A stretch of DNA of 64,000 nt from Pseudomonadota bacterium (lineage in GTDB: Bacteria > Pseudomonadota > Gammaproteobacteria > Burkholderiales > Burkholderiaceae_D): the NCBI GenBank assembly GCA_040390795.1, contig JAZJXV010000017.1, forward strand, positions 62-64,061. Direction: 5' to 3'. The notes under the pieces were generated by a model. That model was not told the DNA's origin, ran no database searches, and was given only the letters and a program-made list of their open reading frames with translations. Shown piece after piece: positions 41,516 through 52,511 of the stretch (positions within the stretch are counted from its first letter, which is position 1; each line of letters starts with the position of its first letter). A program made the translations under genes and the position numbers.

Positions 41516-41553
41516 AAAAAGCGGGGAGCCCTTAAGGTCTTCCCGCTTTTTTA
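41516..41553. terminator. Bidirectional terminator between mrcA and cyaY
   Basis: AAAAAGCGGGGA..TTCCCGCTTTTTT hairpin with A- and T-runs. Confidence 0.75.
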
Positions 41554-41570
41554 TTGGATACAAGGGCAAT

Positions 41571-41909
41571 TCAATGCTTGTCGTGCAAGGTCACTGCGAT
41601 ACCGCCCTGTTTGCTGACCATTTCCGACAAAGCTGCAAATAACTCCGCGCCATCGCGCGTATTCACCCATTGCGTGCCATTGCCCTTGAAATGGAAACCT
41701 CCAGATTTTGCCGCTACCCACAATTCCTGCATCGGCGCCTGGCTATTGACGATGATTTTCGAGCCGTTATCGATGAATTCGATCTCCAGCACATTGCCAC
41801 TGCGCGTACATTCGACATCCAGATCGCTGGTATTGGCCAGATCTTCCAGCGTCGCCTCAATTTGGTCCAACGTTGCTTCTGCTTGCTTCAGGAATTCTGA
41901 TTCGGTCAT
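41571..41909 (-). CDS. cyaY: Iron donor protein CyaY (frataxin homologue)
   Basis: MTESEFLKQAEATLDQIEATLE..NSQAPMQELWVAAKSGGFHF. Start trimmed to ATG 41909. Confidence 0.92.
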   Translation of the reverse strand: MTESEFLKQAEATLDQIEATLEDLANTSDLDVECTRSGNVLEIEFIDNGSKIIVNSQAPMQELWVAAKSGGFHFKGNGTQWVNTRDGAELFAALSEMVSKQGGIAVTLHDKH

Positions 41910-41937
41910 GCTACACTCCAACTCGTTTCGTTAAACA

Positions 41938-42165
41938 GTGATTCTAATCGTGAAGTCTCATTCTGGCTTATCGCGCTTCGTCGCGTTTCTTTATACTCTT
42001 GCCGGCATAGCCTGCATCAGTCTGCTCGCCGGTTGTGGCCAAAAAGGCCCGCTTTATATGCCAGGCAGCAAACCACCATCCGGCCAAACACGCAAGGCTG
42101 CACCAGTCATGCCACCGGCAACTACACCTGCGCCAGCAGACACTACGTCATCTGATACCAAGTAA
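41938..42165 (+). CDS. lptM: LptM-type small lipoprotein (YifL family) upstream of lysA
   Basis: Lipobox LLAGCGQKGPLYMPG, a close match to the E. coli YifL/LptM motif, with a Pro/Thr-rich tail. Start is GTG at 41938 or GTG at 41950. Confidence 0.8.
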   Translation: MILIVKSHSGLSRFVAFLYTLAGIACISLLAGCGQKGPLYMPGSKPPSGQTRKAAPVMPPATTPAPADTTSSDTK

Positions 42166-42173
42166 AACCCATC

Positions 42174-43457
42174 ATGTCGCATTTTTCTTATCAAGACGGC
42201 GTACTCTGCGCGGAGAATACACCTCTGACGCAAATCGCCCAACAATTCGGTTCGCCAACTTACATTTACTCCAAAGCAGCGCTGGTGGAGAATTTCTCTT
42301 CCTACGCCGATGCCTGCAAAAAGCATGGTCGCAACGGCGATACTGCTCTGGTGTGTTATTCGGTTAAATCGAATTCCAATTTAGCCGTACTGAATCTGCT
42401 CAGCAAACTCGGCTCCGGTTTCGACATCGTCTCCGGCGGCGAATTATTACGCGTATTGGCTGCTGGCGGTTCGCCACGCAAAGTCATTTTTTCCGGCGTA
42501 GGTAAATCACGCGAAGAAATGCAGCTTGCCTTGTCACACGACATTCTATGCTTCAATGTTGAATCGATTCCTGAATTGCATCGCCTCAATGCAGTCGCAG
42601 CAGAAATGGGCAAACAAGCGTCCGTTTCCTTGCGCGTCAATCCTAACGTCGATGCAAAGACGCATCCGTATATTTCAACCGGGTTGAAAGATAACAAGTT
42701 TGGCATCGCTTACGAAGATACGCTAACAACTTATCGCGTTGCTGCAGCCCTGCCTAATATCAATGTGGTCGGCATCGATTGCCACATCGGTTCGCAATTG
42801 CTGGACGATGCACCATTGCTGGAAGCGGTCGACAAATTAATCGAATTGATCGACACCTTGGCAAGTGAAGGAATAGCTATCCATCATCTGGATATCGGTG
42901 GCGGCATCGGCATTAATTACGACAACGACAAACCGGTTGCAGTTGGCGATTATCTGTCGCGTCTGTTCGCCAAGATCGATGCGTGGCGTAACAGCAAGCA
43001 CGGCGGCGCACCTATCAAGGTATTGTTTGAACCCGGTCGCTCTATCGTCGGCAATGCCGGCATCTTGCTGACTGAAGTGCAGTACATCAAGCATGGCGAG
43101 ACCAAGAATTTTGCGATCGTTGATGCAGCAATGAACGACTTGATGCGCCCAGCCATGTATGAAGCATGGCATGGTGTACAACCTGTCGTGCAACGCGATT
43201 CGACGGCACAAACTTACGATGTAGTTGGCCCGGTATGCGAATCAGGCGATTGGCTCGCACGTTCGCGTGAACTGGCAATAGCAGAAGGCGATCTGCTAGC
43301 CATCATGTCGGCCGGTGCTTACGGCATGACCATGTCATCCAACTACAACACGCGTGGTCGCGCTGCAGAAATTATGGTGGATGGTGCAACGCCACACCTG
43401 ATACGCAAACGCGAATTGGCAAGAGATCTGTTTGCGCTGGAATCTTTATTGCCTTGA
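42174..43457 (+). CDS. lysA: Diaminopimelate decarboxylase
   Basis: 427 aa. PLP lysine context YSVKSNSNLAVL, and GGGIGI, CESGD motifs. Confidence 0.96.
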   Translation: MSHFSYQDGVLCAENTPLTQIAQQFGSPTYIYSKAALVENFSSYADACKKHGRNGDTALVCYSVKSNSNLAVLNLLSKLGSGFDIVSGGELLRVLAAGGSPRKVIFSGVGKSREEMQLALSHDILCFNVESIPELHRLNAVAAEMGKQASVSLRVNPNVDAKTHPYISTGLKDNKFGIAYEDTLTTYRVAAALPNINVVGIDCHIGSQLLDDAPLLEAVDKLIELIDTLASEGIAIHHLDIGGGIGINYDNDKPVAVGDYLSRLFAKIDAWRNSKHGGAPIKVLFEPGRSIVGNAGILLTEVQYIKHGETKNFAIVDAAMNDLMRPAMYEAWHGVQPVVQRDSTAQTYDVVGPVCESGDWLARSRELAIAEGDLLAIMSAGAYGMTMSSNYNTRGRAAEIMVDGATPHLIRKRELARDLFALESLLP

Positions 43458-43469
43458 TTATATGAATGC

Positions 43470-43498
43470 GAATCGGATAAGCAGTGCTTATCCGATTC
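43470..43498. terminator. Perfect 14-bp-arm hairpin between convergent lysA and msrQ (terminator-like, no U-tract)
   Basis: GAATCGGATAAGCA-g-TGCTTATCCGATTC read directly. Confidence 0.5.
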
Positions 43499-43503
43499 GA
43501 TAA

Positions 43504-44148
43504 TTAGATGGTACTGCCTGCAACCGCAGGCGCTTTCGCCCTCTTCTGCCACCACCAAAAAATCCGCAGCAACAGCAAGACAGCAACTATCGATCCAAAA
43601 ATGATCGGTTGTTCGAAATCGTGTTTCCCCGCCTTCATCCACCAAAAATGCAAGATGCCCAGCATCGCAATCGCATAGACCAGGCGATGCAGCCATTGCC
43701 AACGCTTGCCACCCAAACGTTTCACCATGCCGTTGGTGCTGGTAACAGCAAGCGGAATCAATAATACGAAGGCAGAAAAACCAACCGTGATAAACGGACG
43801 CTTCAGCACATCTTTCCACATCTCTGTCAAATCAAAAAAATGATCGAACCAGAAGAAAGTCATGAAGTGCAGGCAGGCATAAAAGAAGGCGAACAAACCT
43901 ATCATGCGACGCAATTTGAGCAACCAGTTCCATTTACTAAACCGCCGCAAAGGCGTCACCGCCAAAGTCATGCACAAAAAATACAGCGTCCAGTCGCCGG
44001 TATTACGAGTGATGAATTCAATCGGATTGGCACCCAACTGATCCGTCACGGTAAATAGCACCAGTCGAGCAAACGGCAACAAGGCTAGCGCGAACAAGAC
44101 ACTCTTCAGTATCGTGAATTGGCGTGGGGATGGATTAAGCGTCAGCAT
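43504..44148 (-). CDS. msrQ: Protein-methionine-sulfoxide reductase heme-binding subunit MsrQ (YedZ)
   Basis: 214 aa six-TM ferric-reductase-like protein, directly downstream of msrP. Confidence 0.88.
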   Translation of the reverse strand: MLTLNPSPRQFTILKSVLFALALLPFARLVLFTVTDQLGANPIEFITRNTGDWTLYFLCMTLAVTPLRRFSKWNWLLKLRRMIGLFAFFYACLHFMTFFWFDHFFDLTEMWKDVLKRPFITVGFSAFVLLIPLAVTSTNGMVKRLGGKRWQWLHRLVYAIAMLGILHFWWMKAGKHDFEQPIIFGSIVAVLLLLRIFWWWQKRAKAPAVAGSTI

Positions 44149-44203
44149 GATGGGCTCTTGATAGCCACTGAAATGACCTTGAGCAAAAAGTACTCGGTCA
44201 GCA

Positions 44204-45187
44204 TCAGAAAAATTTCTTCAAATCCATGCCCGCATACAGTGGCGCAACCTGACTATATCCATTGAACATCAGGGTCGGGCGTTTCTTGGTAAACAAACCG
44301 TCTTCACCGATGCGGCGCTCACTCGCTTGCGACCAGCGCGGATGATCGACTTGCGGATTCACATTTGAATAAAAACCATATTCGCGTGGCGCAGCCAGAT
44401 TCCATGCCGTACGCGGTTGATCCTTGGTGAAGCGGATCTTGACGATAGACTTGGCCGATTTAAAACCGTATTTCCACGGCGTCACTATGCGCACAGGCGC
44501 GCCATTCTGATTCGGCAGTACTTCGCCATACATACCCAGCGTTAGCAGCGTCAACGGATGATTGGCTTCATCGATGCGCAGACCTTCTACATAGGGCCAA
44601 TCCAGCACGGCACGATTCAAGCCCGGCATCGTTTCCTTGTCTGCCACCGTCACAAATTCCACATATTTTGCATTGGAATTCGGCTCAACCTTCTTGATCA
44701 ATTCCGACAACGAATAACCTATCCACGGAATCACCATCGACCAACCTTCTACGCAACGTAATCTATAGACGCGTTCTTCCAGCGGAGCCAATTTCAGCAG
44801 GCTATCGATATCCAGCGTCATCGGTTTTTTGATTTCACCCTCTATCGAAATCGTCCATGGACGCGTCTTCAGCGTAGAGGCATAGCGCGCCGGGTCGCTC
44901 TTGTCGGTACCAAATTCGTAAAAATTATTGTAGGTCGTCGCGTCTTTGTAGGATGTTTGCTTATCCATCACGACATAAGCTGGATTCAGCTTGGCCGCGA
45001 GTTTTTGTGCTGTGGCGGATTGTGCGGCAAATGCTTCGCGCGTTGCCATTTCGAGCAATGCACCACCGGCAATGGAGCCGACTGCAAGTTTTTGTATGAA
45101 AGCACGTCGCGCCTCAAAGACCGCACGAGGTGTAATTTCAGAGGCGTATGGAAGATCGATTCCATCCGAATTGCGTTTGATCAACAT
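44204..45187 (-). CDS. msrP: Protein-methionine-sulfoxide reductase catalytic subunit MsrP (YedY, molybdopterin)
   Basis: Tat-like RRAFIQKL signal. Sulfite-oxidase-family motifs FYEFGTDK and RLRCVEGWS. Confidence 0.92.
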   Translation of the reverse strand: MLIKRNSDGIDLPYASEITPRAVFEARRAFIQKLAVGSIAGGALLEMATREAFAAQSATAQKLAAKLNPAYVVMDKQTSYKDATTYNNFYEFGTDKSDPARYASTLKTRPWTISIEGEIKKPMTLDIDSLLKLAPLEERVYRLRCVEGWSMVIPWIGYSLSELIKKVEPNSNAKYVEFVTVADKETMPGLNRAVLDWPYVEGLRIDEANHPLTLLTLGMYGEVLPNQNGAPVRIVTPWKYGFKSAKSIVKIRFTKDQPRTAWNLAAPREYGFYSNVNPQVDHPRWSQASERRIGEDGLFTKKRPTLMFNGYSQVAPLYAGMDLKKFF

Positions 45188-45252
45188 GGCAGCTCCATAT
45201 AAGGCTTTGTGCTCATTAGTCTATTCAGACTCGACAACCTTACAGGAGTTTC

Positions 45253-45290
45253 AAAATAGAAAGGGGAAACCACAAATTCAGTTTCCCCTT
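45253..45290 (-). terminator. Intrinsic terminator after ccsB
   Basis: Minus strand AAGGGGAAAC-tgaatttgtg-GTTTCCCCTT followed by TCTATTTT. Confidence 0.75.
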
Positions 45291-45332
45291 GCTCGTTCTT
45301 TTCAGAATTGTGTCTTCGACGTGATGCCGATC

Positions 45333-46484
45333 TTACAGCTCACCGTAGGAATGCAAACCCGACAAGAACATATTGACGCCCAGAAAAGCGAAAGTTGTTA
45401 CCAATAAACCAATCACAGCCCACCATGCAGCAACCTTTCCGCGTAAACCCTTCATCAAACGCATGTGCAGCCATGATGCGTAGTTGAGCCAAACGATCAG
45501 CGCCCAGGTTTCCTTAGGATCCCACGACCAGTAACCACCCCACGCTTCTGCCGCCCACAATGCGCCGAGGATAGTGGCGATAGTAAAGAACGCGAAGCCA
45601 ACTGCGATCGCCTTGTACATCACATCGTCCAGCACTTCCAGCGCAGGCAGGCGATCAACAAAAATACCGTGCGACTTCAACAGGTAAGCGACGGCTACCA
45701 TCGCTGCCAATGAGAACGTTCCGTAACCGATAAAGTTGGCTGGCACATGTATCTTCATCCACCAACTTTGCAGAGCAGGAACCAGCGGTTGGATTTCTGC
45801 TGCATCGCGTGTAACCGTATACCAGAGCAGGAAACCAACTGCAGCCGAAATCACCAACAATACAAATGGTCCCAACTGACGTGTGGCATAAATCTGTTCG
45901 TAATATAGGTAAAACAGTGCCGTGATCATGCAGAACAAGATGAACACTTCATACAGATTCGATACTGGAATATGACCAACATCAGCACCGATCAAATATG
46001 ATTCATACCAGCGCACCAGCATGCCGGTGAAACCCATGATCACCGCAGCCCAGCACAGCTTGCTGCCAAGTGAAGCGCCGGTAGGTGAACGCGCAATCAA
46101 TCCTCCCCAGTAAAACACAGTTGATAAAAGGAAAAGCGTGCTCATCCACAGAATCGCCGATTGACTGGAGAGCAGATACTTCAGGAAGAATTTTTGATCG
46201 GCCATCGCCAATGCGCCGCCGTACATCGAAATCGCAGAAAGCGACAACACCGCCAACAAAGCAATCAGCCAACGTACCGATTTCCAGTGCCAACCTAACC
46301 ATGCGAACGTAGGTGCGACCAATACGAGGATCGCTTCCTCGTAGATATCCATGTGATGGCCAAAGCGATTTAACGCAAACAATGACGCTGCCAGCAAGGC
46401 TGCACCATATAACCAGTCCAGCACCGAGAGGCGCTTGAAGAAACCGGGTGGCTGCGTATAAATTTGATCGTGTACTGCGTCCAT
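45333..46484 (-). CDS. ccsB: Cytochrome c biogenesis protein CcsB/ResC (system II heme handling)
   Basis: 383 aa polytopic protein. WGGYWSWDPKETWALI tryptophan-rich WWD motif. Confidence 0.93.
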   Translation of the reverse strand: MDAVHDQIYTQPPGFFKRLSVLDWLYGAALLAASLFALNRFGHHMDIYEEAILVLVAPTFAWLGWHWKSVRWLIALLAVLSLSAISMYGGALAMADQKFFLKYLLSSQSAILWMSTLFLLSTVFYWGGLIARSPTGASLGSKLCWAAVIMGFTGMLVRWYESYLIGADVGHIPVSNLYEVFILFCMITALFYLYYEQIYATRQLGPFVLLVISAAVGFLLWYTVTRDAAEIQPLVPALQSWWMKIHVPANFIGYGTFSLAAMVAVAYLLKSHGIFVDRLPALEVLDDVMYKAIAVGFAFFTIATILGALWAAEAWGGYWSWDPKETWALIVWLNYASWLHMRLMKGLRGKVAAWWAVIGLLVTTFAFLGVNMFLSGLHSYGEL

Positions 46485-46642
46485 TGCTATCTCCGTAATG
46501 ATTACTACCGACTTGCACTATGGTTTTTCACTTGAGAAAAACCGTACAAAGCTCAGTGTAAATTCTTGATCTGCATATCCTGCAAAGGCGAAACCGATAA
46601 GGGCAACTCAGTATAGTTGAGTCTGCCCCTTAATTCAGTTTG

Positions 46643-48760
46643 TTACTTCTGTTCCGGCCCTGATTGCAGCAGTTGCTTTTTAAATATCTCAAACTCTTTT
46701 TCGAAGTCGAGGGTCTTGCGTTGTGAGCTCATTGCCATGATTGCGCGCGCGCCACCATCTTCCGATTTGATCCAAATCCAGAGTCGACGTTCACGTATAT
46801 AGAACATCGAGAACACACCGAGCACGAGTAACAAACAACCGAAATAAACAATATTCTTGCCCGGTGAACGTGTCACTTGCAATACTGATGCCTTGATCTC
46901 ATCAAAGCCCTGCAACTGCAAATAAACCGGCGCGCCGTAAAAGAATGAATCTGAAAATGCATTCGTTGCCAGTTGCAAAAAGCGGCCGTGCTTTTCATCC
47001 AGTTCGATAGGCTTCAAACCTTCTTTTGCACGTGCAATTTGCCACAAATCCCACATGCTGCCATTCATGATTTTCATGAAAATATCGGCAGCCTTTTCCT
47101 GATCCTGCGGCGGAATACGCTCAAGAAATTTCGACACAGCAATATAACCCGCGTCCTGTCCGTCTCCGGCAAAAATCGTCAAGCCTTTCAATGCCGAAGC
47201 CTGCAATTGCGTACGCAAGGCACCAACGCCTTCACGCGATTCCGGCAATGCACGCTGCGCATAGCGTTGCGCCGCCAACAAACGCAAATCAGGATTCAGA
47301 ATCGCAGCACGCAGACGCATCCACTCTTCCACCGTATCGTTATCATCTGCTGGAATACGCAGGAAGCGGAACGGTTCGGCTGGCGATTCGCGCATGCCGG
47401 CGAGGAACACATACGCGCCATCTACCAGCACCGGCTGCATGTAGTTATGGTATTCACGCGCCTGGCCATTCTTGTCGCGTAATTTATATTGCACGCTTGG
47501 ACCGACGTTTTTCAAATCCTTGTTATTAGCGTTCTTCGCTGCTGAGCCTAGGTGTTTATCGAAACTCGATGACAAACCCTGATTCGGATTAACGGCGCGT
47601 ACATCTTGCCCATTCTTCGCCATGTTCTCGACGTTGAATGCGCGGAAGCCTGACCATTCAACCGTGTAATCACCACCTTTGGCGGATTCAAGCGGTGTCG
47701 TACCTCCTACTTCACCCTGCAAGGAGAATGCCGTATGTCCAGTGCCTTGCATCGGATAACCAGCCAACTTCAACTTGCTGCCACCATCTTCAAAGCTCGA
47801 CTGATACACCGCTACGCCACGATAGATCAGTGGTTCGTTCACCTTGATGGTAGCGGGGAATACTTTGCCGTTTTCATGATCAGTCACCACTACTTCGCTG
47901 GCAAACAACTTCGGCATGCCGGTCGAGTAGTAATCGATGATGAATTTTTTGAGTTGTATCGTGAACGGCAAATCCTGAATCAGCACGCCGTCTTGCTGCG
48001 CAATAATGGCTGTACTACTGCTGCTGCCTTCCGAAATCAGTGTATTGCCACGAAAGGTAGGATTGCCCAAACCCAGACGGTGCTGCGCTGGAATTTCTGC
48101 GATGACGCCACTGCCGGAGAACGGCGTTTTATCGAACAATAATTTTTGTATGCGTATCGGCAATTCGGAGTCGAGCAAACCACCAATACAGATAATCACT
48201 ATAGAACTGTGCGCAAAAATATAGCCCCACTTATTGGCAGCACCTTGCTTGGCGGCGATCAGCGTGGCATTTTCTTTTTCAACGACTTTGGTTTTATAAC
48301 CGTTGGCGGCAACGCGCTCCAACATTTGTGAGGTCAAAGCAGCACGTGAGATATTGACCTGCCACTCTGCCTTGTGATGAAAGTTACGCAGTGATTGCTC
48401 ACGCACATTCTCGCGCCAGCTGCGCATGTCTTTCAACATCTTGGGTGCATTACGCAACAAGCACAGCGAAGTCGATGTGACGAGGAAGGCCATGATCAGC
48501 AAGAACCACCAGGTCGAATACACGGCATACAGGTTCAGCTTGCCGAATACTTCAAACCAGAAAGGCCCGAACTGATTGACGTAATTCGTCATCGGTTCGT
48601 TTTGTTTGAGTACAGTACCGATAATCGATGCAATCGAAATCAATGTCAGCAAACTGATCGCAAACCGCATTGAAGACAACAGTTCGACGGTATCCGCCAA
48701 CCAGCGGCGGCTGGTTTTTAATTCCCAGCCACCCGTATTTGTTTCTGTTTCACTTGTCAT
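46643..48760 (-). CDS. resB: Cytochrome c biogenesis protein ResB/Ccs1
   Basis: 705 aa. N-terminal TMs with LSSMRFAISLLTLISIASIIGTVL, large periplasmic domain, upstream of ccsB. Confidence 0.9.
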   Translation of the reverse strand: MTSETETNTGGWELKTSRRWLADTVELLSSMRFAISLLTLISIASIIGTVLKQNEPMTNYVNQFGPFWFEVFGKLNLYAVYSTWWFLLIMAFLVTSTSLCLLRNAPKMLKDMRSWRENVREQSLRNFHHKAEWQVNISRAALTSQMLERVAANGYKTKVVEKENATLIAAKQGAANKWGYIFAHSSIVIICIGGLLDSELPIRIQKLLFDKTPFSGSGVIAEIPAQHRLGLGNPTFRGNTLISEGSSSSTAIIAQQDGVLIQDLPFTIQLKKFIIDYYSTGMPKLFASEVVVTDHENGKVFPATIKVNEPLIYRGVAVYQSSFEDGGSKLKLAGYPMQGTGHTAFSLQGEVGGTTPLESAKGGDYTVEWSGFRAFNVENMAKNGQDVRAVNPNQGLSSSFDKHLGSAAKNANNKDLKNVGPSVQYKLRDKNGQAREYHNYMQPVLVDGAYVFLAGMRESPAEPFRFLRIPADDNDTVEEWMRLRAAILNPDLRLLAAQRYAQRALPESREGVGALRTQLQASALKGLTIFAGDGQDAGYIAVSKFLERIPPQDQEKAADIFMKIMNGSMWDLWQIARAKEGLKPIELDEKHGRFLQLATNAFSDSFFYGAPVYLQLQGFDEIKASVLQVTRSPGKNIVYFGCLLLVLGVFSMFYIRERRLWIWIKSEDGGARAIMAMSSQRKTLDFEKEFEIFKKQLLQSGPEQK

Positions 48761-48844
48761 TCCATCATCCTCAAACCGCTACTAAAACATGCGCCGACCG
48801 TCAGTGTAGATGGTATCTGGCCTATGTTCGCGGTGTCTCCGTAA

Positions 48845-48881
48845 AAAGAAAAAAGGGGTAGCCTTAGCCACCCCTTTTTTT
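48845..48881. terminator. Bidirectional terminator after cytochrome c4 gene
   Basis: AAAAAAGGGGTAGCcttaGCCACCCCTTTTTTT. Confidence 0.8.
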
Positions 48882-48905
48882 ATTCATCTTCTGGCAATTA
48901 TTTTT

Positions 48906-49565
48906 TTATTTCAAGCCAGCGACGTAATCTGATACTGCTTGAATTTCTTCATCCGACATACGCTTGGCGATGGTTGTCATCGGCTCGCTGTTTTTACGAG
49001 CACCGGTACGGAAAGCAATCAATTGCGCCGCTGTGTAGTCTTGATGCTGACCAGCCAATCGTGGGTACTGCGCAGGAATACCTACGCCGTTTGCGCTATG
49101 GCAGGATGCGCAAGCTGGAACGCTCTTTTCAGCAATACCGCCGCGGTAGATTTTTTTGCCCAGTTCAACTGTATCTTTATTCTTGGCTGCGCCTGGGGAT
49201 GGCTTTTGCTTGGCAAGATAGGCGATCACGTTTTGAATATCGTCTTCTGTCATGCCTTTGGCAATCGAAGTCATGATCGCGTTATTACGTGTAGGGCCCT
49301 TGAAATCAATCAGTTGCTTATGAATATAAGCACCGTGCTGACCTGCAAGCTTGGGATTTTGTGAGATCGTCGAGTTACCTGCTGCGCCGTGGCAAGCGAT
49401 ACAAGCGGTGACATTGCGTGTAGCGTCGCCCGTGTTGTAAAGCGCTTCGCCTTTGGCTGGATCAGCTTTAACGGCTTTTTTATCTTCAGAAGCATTGGCA
49501 ATGGAAGCGATTGCCAACAATGCAACGAACAAGGATTTTACGATTGGAGAACAAACACGATTCAT
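48906..49565 (-). CDS. Diheme cytochrome c4
   Basis: Signal peptide and two CxxCH sites (CIACH, CASCH), each in a c-type domain. Confidence 0.9.
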   Translation of the reverse strand: MNRVCSPIVKSLFVALLAIASIANASEDKKAVKADPAKGEALYNTGDATRNVTACIACHGAAGNSTISQNPKLAGQHGAYIHKQLIDFKGPTRNNAIMTSIAKGMTEDDIQNVIAYLAKQKPSPGAAKNKDTVELGKKIYRGGIAEKSVPACASCHSANGVGIPAQYPRLAGQHQDYTAAQLIAFRTGARKNSEPMTTIAKRMSDEEIQAVSDYVAGLK

Positions 49566-49728
49566 TCAAACACCCTGGAGACTTAATTATTAAAATAATG
49601 CCCTATTGGCGACGATTTACTGCCTCTTAGACACGAGTTCTCTTCTGCGGCGCAACAATGCGTAACCCCTTATTGTACAATAGCTTTCCGGCATTTTTGC
49701 CACCCTTCAAGCATTTTCTGCTCATCCT

Positions 49729-50436
49729 ATGTCCCTACTTTGGCAAGCCCGCTTCTTCACCACGGTCAATCATCTCCGTGACCTGCCAAATACGCAAGTC
49801 CCTGAAATCGCATTCGCCGGTCGCTCTAACGCAGGTAAATCTACTGCAATTAACATCCTGTGCAACCAGAAAAAACTGGCTTTTGCGTCCAAAACACCGG
49901 GCCGCACACAGCACATCAACTATTTCTCCATTGGTGGCGCGCATGTCGGCCAACATCGTAAAGATGAAACCAAGGTAGATGAAATCCGCGGCTTGCTGGT
50001 GGATTTGCCTGGCTATGGCTACGCGCAAGTGTCAGGCTCGGCCAAGTTGCACTGGCAAGAATTGCTGGGCGATTACGTACAACGTCGCGAACAACTCGCG
50101 GCTTTGGTATTAATTATTGATTCACGTCGTCCATTTACCGACCTTGATATCCAGATGCTGGAATGGTTTGCCCCTACCGGCAAGCCGATACACTGTCTGT
50201 TGACGAAATCCGACAAACTCAACCGCAACGATTCGGCCAATGCTTTGCGCACTGCCCGCACCATCCTTGGTAGCTACGTGGATGAAAACGGTGAACCGTT
50301 TCCATTTACGGCACAATTATTTTCGGCGCTCAAACGCAGCGGCCTCGATGAAGCCAACGACAAGATTGTGGAATTGCTGGGATTGAATGTCGAACCGCCA
50401 GAAGCAGCGAACGACACAGATACAAATGATGTCTGA
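49729..50436 (+). CDS. engB: Ribosome biogenesis GTP-binding protein YihA/EngB
   Basis: [18 protein letters not shown]1, DLPGYGYA G3, TKSDK G4. Confidence 0.93.
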   Translation: MSLLWQARFFTTVNHLRDLPNTQVPEIAFAGRSNAGKSTAINILCNQKKLAFASKTPGRTQHINYFSIGGAHVGQHRKDETKVDEIRGLLVDLPGYGYAQVSGSAKLHWQELLGDYVQRREQLAALVLIIDSRRPFTDLDIQMLEWFAPTGKPIHCLLTKSDKLNRNDSANALRTARTILGSYVDENGEPFPFTAQLFSALKRSGLDEANDKIVELLGLNVEPPEAANDTDTNDV

Positions 50437-50465
50437 CGAATAAGCACACGCCGGGCAAAAAAAGG

Positions 50466-50493
50466 CCCTGGAGAAAGGGGAGTATCTCCAGGG
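50466..50493. terminator. Hairpin CCCTGGAGA-N10-TCTCCAGGG; A-run upstream on +, so U-tract only on the minus-strand transcript
   Basis: Read directly. The minus strand reads CCCTGGAGATACTCCCCTTTCTCCAGGGCCTTTTTTTG. Confidence 0.6.
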
Positions 50494-50588
50494 CAATAAT
50501 GCCATATCGCGCTTGTGCGACTTGGCCCCGCTCAGGGAGGAGAAGCGGGAGATGCAAAGCACCCGCTACTAGGATGAGCATACGGTAA

Positions 50589-51674
<1,086 letters not shown>

Positions 51675-51702
51675 TCACTGAGTACGAAATAAGCAGAAAA
51701 AG

Positions 51703-51731
51703 AAAAAGCGTCCGAAATGGACGCTTTTTTA
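51703..51731. terminator. Bidirectional terminator between hemB and peroxiredoxin gene
   Basis: AAAAAGCGTCC-gaaat-GGACGCTTTTTT. Confidence 0.85.
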
Positions 51732-51747
51732 TTTGCAGCAAGACCGA

Positions 51748-52386
51748 TTATTTATTCGGTTGTGGTGTCAGGCGCAGATAAGGACGCTCAGCCTTGTAAC
51801 CCTTAGGATACTTCTGCTTGATGACCGCTTCATCCTGTATCGTCAACGGAATGATCACGTCATCCCCATCGCGCCAGTTGCCTGGCGTTGCAACGGTGTA
51901 GCCATCAGTCAGTTGCAAGGCATCGATCACGCGCAGTACTTCATCGAAGTTACGGCCGGTGCTCATAGGATAAGTAATTGTCAGGCGGATTTTCTTTTGC
52001 GGATCGATCACGAACAGCGAACGCACGGTAGCGGTCGCCGATTGATTCGGATGGATCATGTCATACAGTGTGGAAACAGATTTGTCCGCATCAGCAACGA
52101 TAGGAAAACCAACGACGGTTTTCTGTGTAGCTTCGATATCCTTGATCCACTCGACGTGCTTCTCTGCCGGATCAACGGACAAGGCAATCGCTTTTACATT
52201 GCGTTTGTCGAATTCAGGTTTCAGCTTGGCCGTCAGGCCCAGCTCGGTCGTGCAGACCGGCGTGAAGTCAGCCGGATGCGAAAATAAAACAACCCAGGAA
52301 TCGCCTGCCCACTCGTGAAATTTTATTTTGCCGATTGACGAGTCTTGCGTGAAATCGGGGGCAGTATCGCCTAAACGTAAAGTCAT
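51748..52386 (-). CDS. 1-Cys peroxiredoxin (Prx6-like)
   Basis: WVVLFSHPADFTPVCTTELG peroxidatic Cys motif; 212 aa. Confidence 0.92.
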   Translation of the reverse strand: MTLRLGDTAPDFTQDSSIGKIKFHEWAGDSWVVLFSHPADFTPVCTTELGLTAKLKPEFDKRNVKAIALSVDPAEKHVEWIKDIEATQKTVVGFPIVADADKSVSTLYDMIHPNQSATATVRSLFVIDPQKKIRLTITYPMSTGRNFDEVLRVIDALQLTDGYTVATPGNWRDGDDVIIPLTIQDEAVIKQKYPKGYKAERPYLRLTPQPNK

Positions 52387-52481
52387 TGCTTTCTCCTTAA
52401 CACTGTAATCATCAAAGTCTGACTATAGCCCGGCCAGACAACTTTCCCAACGACAAATAACAACTATACAAATAACGGGGA

Positions 52482-52495
52482 GCTATGATCATAGC
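52482..52495. promoter_or_regulatory. Perfect 14-bp palindrome GCTATGATCATAGC upstream of the peroxiredoxin gene
   Basis: Read directly. Centre is about 100 nt upstream of the prx ATG and 17 nt past the dsbD stop. No loop, so it is not a good RNA hairpin. Confidence 0.35.
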
Positions 52496-52511
52496 GCAAG
52501 CAGCGCCGCAC

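Noticed and set aside
46485-46642. Hairpins (GGTTTTTC-N6-GAAAAACC at about 46527-46548, and an imperfect stem around 46596-46630) between resB and ccsB as a possible regulatory RNA
   Set aside because: The stems are short or bulged with no clear U-tract, and the two genes are a functional pair expected to be co-transcribed. There is not enough evidence for a distinct feature.
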